Of a stretch of 58,387 nt of DNA, positions 57,186 to 58,387 are shown one piece after another. The stretch's first letter is position 1. Every line of letters starts with the position of its first letter. The stretch is taken from the sequence record MF476925.1; one strand, written 5' to 3'. Under the pieces are notes generated by a model. The model searched no databases and had not been told where the DNA came from. It was given only the letters and a program-made list of their open reading frames with translations. This DNA is from Klebsiella phage YMC16/01/N133_KPN_BP. The position numbers and the translations under genes are program-made.

Positions 57186-57333
57186 TCGTGATCAAGTAGA
57201 ACGCAAGAACACGTTGCAACACGCAAAAGAATTTTCAACTTTTTATTGAATTGCCGAGATGACATGTGCTTAAATCTGTTCAAGCCGAAAACGTTCGGCC
57301 ACCCAAAACAACTAACAGTAACCGGAGAACATT
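57186..57333. promoter_or_regulatory. Divergent early control region with palindromes GTTGCAAC (57213-57220) and TTCAAC-TTTTTA-TTGAAT (57234-57251)
   Basis: Between the leftward Cro-like gene and the rightward first replication-module gene. Confidence 0.45.
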
Positions 57334-58387
57334 ATGTCCATTGAGAAGGCTATTGCCGACCAGACCGCCGCGATTGAAAAGAACACCGAAGCCCAAGAAA
57401 AGGCCACCGAAGTTCAGCTGCAGGTTTTAGCTGCACTGCAGGCCCTGGCCGCTGCTGGTGGTACCACTACCGTCACCTCTGAAAAGGGTGCAGGCAAAAC
57501 CCGCACTACCAAAAACACGGATAAATCCACTGATGCGGACCCGATCTACTGGCACATCCCGGGCACCGAAGAGTTCGGCTCCGTTGATACTGAAGCCGAG
57601 TGGAAAAAGCTGAAGAAGGCGAAGGCTAAGGCTGTCAAGATCCCAGAGTCGAAGTACCAGACCCTGGTTGAAGCGGCCAGCGGCACCGACGATGAAGGCG
57701 ATACCGGTGAGTTCAGCGATCGTATTCAGGCTCTGATCGATGAAGTTCCGGAAGAGCCTACCGCGGATGACATCACTGACCTGTTCAAAAAGTATCTGCC
57801 GAAAGACCTTGAAAAGGCAGAACGTGACGCCCGCGCTGAAATCATCAAGCCGATTCTGGCCGGCGTGAAAGCGCCGAAGGCTTCTGCCGTGAAGGACGAC
57901 GACCGCCGCGACGTCATGGGCCGCTGCTGGTGGTACCACTACCGTCACCTCTGAAAAGGGTGCAGGCAAAACCCGCACTACCAAAAACACGGATAAATCC
58001 ACTGATGCGGACCCGATCTACTGGCACATCCCGGGCACCGAAGAGTTCGGCTCCGTTGATACTGAAGCCGAGTGGAAAAAGCTGAAGAAGGCGAAGGCTA
58101 AGGCTGTCAAGATCCCAGAGTCGAAGTACCAGACCCTGGTTGAAGCGGCCAGCGGCACCGACGATGAAGGCGATACCGGTGAGTTCAGCGATCGTATTCA
58201 GGCTCTGATCGATGAAGTTCCGGAAGAGCCTACCGCGGATGACATCACTGACCTGTTCAAAAAGTATCTGCCGAAAGACCTTGAAAAGGCAGAACGTGAC
58301 GCCCGCGCTGAAATCATCAAGCCGATTCTGGCCGGCGTGAAAGCGCCGAAGGCTTCTGCCGTGAAGGACGACGACCGCCGCGACGTC
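57334..58387 (+). CDS. Early acidic repeat protein (5' part), continues into 1..375; as assembled it is interrupted by a 470-bp out-of-frame tandem duplication
   Basis: ATG at 57334 with AGGAGA-like Shine-Dalgarno. Frame breaks at 57907 (…RRDVMGRCWWYHYRHL-stop) where the sequence jumps back to a copy of 57447 onward. Confidence 0.45.
57448..58387 (+). repeat. Exact 470-bp tandem duplication (57448-57917 = 57918-58387), most likely an assembly artefact of a repeat-containing gene at a circular junction
   Basis: Direct comparison of the two segments. 470 is not a multiple of 3. Confidence 0.6.

Overview
This window reads as a complete, circularly permuted genome of a temperate, lambda-like siphovirus, about 57.9 kb non-redundant and GC-rich. 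The tailspike carries a beta-helix depolymerase-like domain, which hints at an encapsulated enterobacterial host such as Klebsiella or Enterobacter; that is inference. The first gene starts at 57334 and runs across the window end into 1..375. The plus-strand layout is a replication module, then the immunity and integration region, then lambda-like head and tail genes, then holins. The minus-strand layout is a long, translationally coupled early operon of small genes, then a primase-helicase and Cro-like and HTH regulators. A spanin pair sits isolated on the plus strand.

Plus strand, by position:
- 405-6656: replication module (Cas4-like DUF2800 nuclease, DUF2815 SSB-like protein, family-A DNA polymerase, DUF4326, VRR-NUC, SNF2 helicase).
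- 6753-10948: immunity and integration (CI-like repressor, PrtN-like regulator, GH19 endolysin, C5-cytosine methyltransferase, tRNA-like attP element overlapping a tyrosine integrase).
- 11359-38352: lambda-like head and tail genes (TerS, GpA-type TerL, gpW, portal, S49 protease and scaffold, gpD, gpE, FI/FII/Z/U/V-like proteins, G/GT chaperone with a GGGAAAA slip site, tape measure, large tip protein, Fe-S L-like, J-like, fibers and depolymerase tailspike).
- 38738-39498: holins.
- 52771-53380: isolated Rz/Rz1 spanin pair.

Minus strand, by position:
- 39519-52720: long translationally coupled early operon (Dam-like MTase, YjgR/DUF853 ATPase, RdgC, Lar-like, T7 gp1.7-like kinase, HAD phosphatase, MazG fusion, Rmf-like protein, YpsA SLOG protein, many small membrane proteins).
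- 53745-57131: P4/D5-type primase-helicase, then HTH and Cro-like regulators.

The most unusual observations:
1. Ten DNA-metabolism and packaging proteins end in the same acidic tail, [DE]n-L-[IV]-COOH.
2. The C5-methyltransferase is split across two reading frames by two compensating frameshifts. Its 3' end encodes DLDELI-stop in both frames.
3. A TTCAAC/GTTGAA motif family occurs as 19-bp-spaced direct repeats upstream of five genes and as ATTCAAC-N5-GTTGAAT palindromes at seven or more intergenic sites.
4. Two roughly 450-bp GC-rich non-coding regions with G-tract and tandem repeats sit inside the early operon.
5. An AT-rich CATATG-repeat region lies next to the primase.
6. A 470-bp out-of-frame tandem duplication at the window end looks like an assembly artefact.
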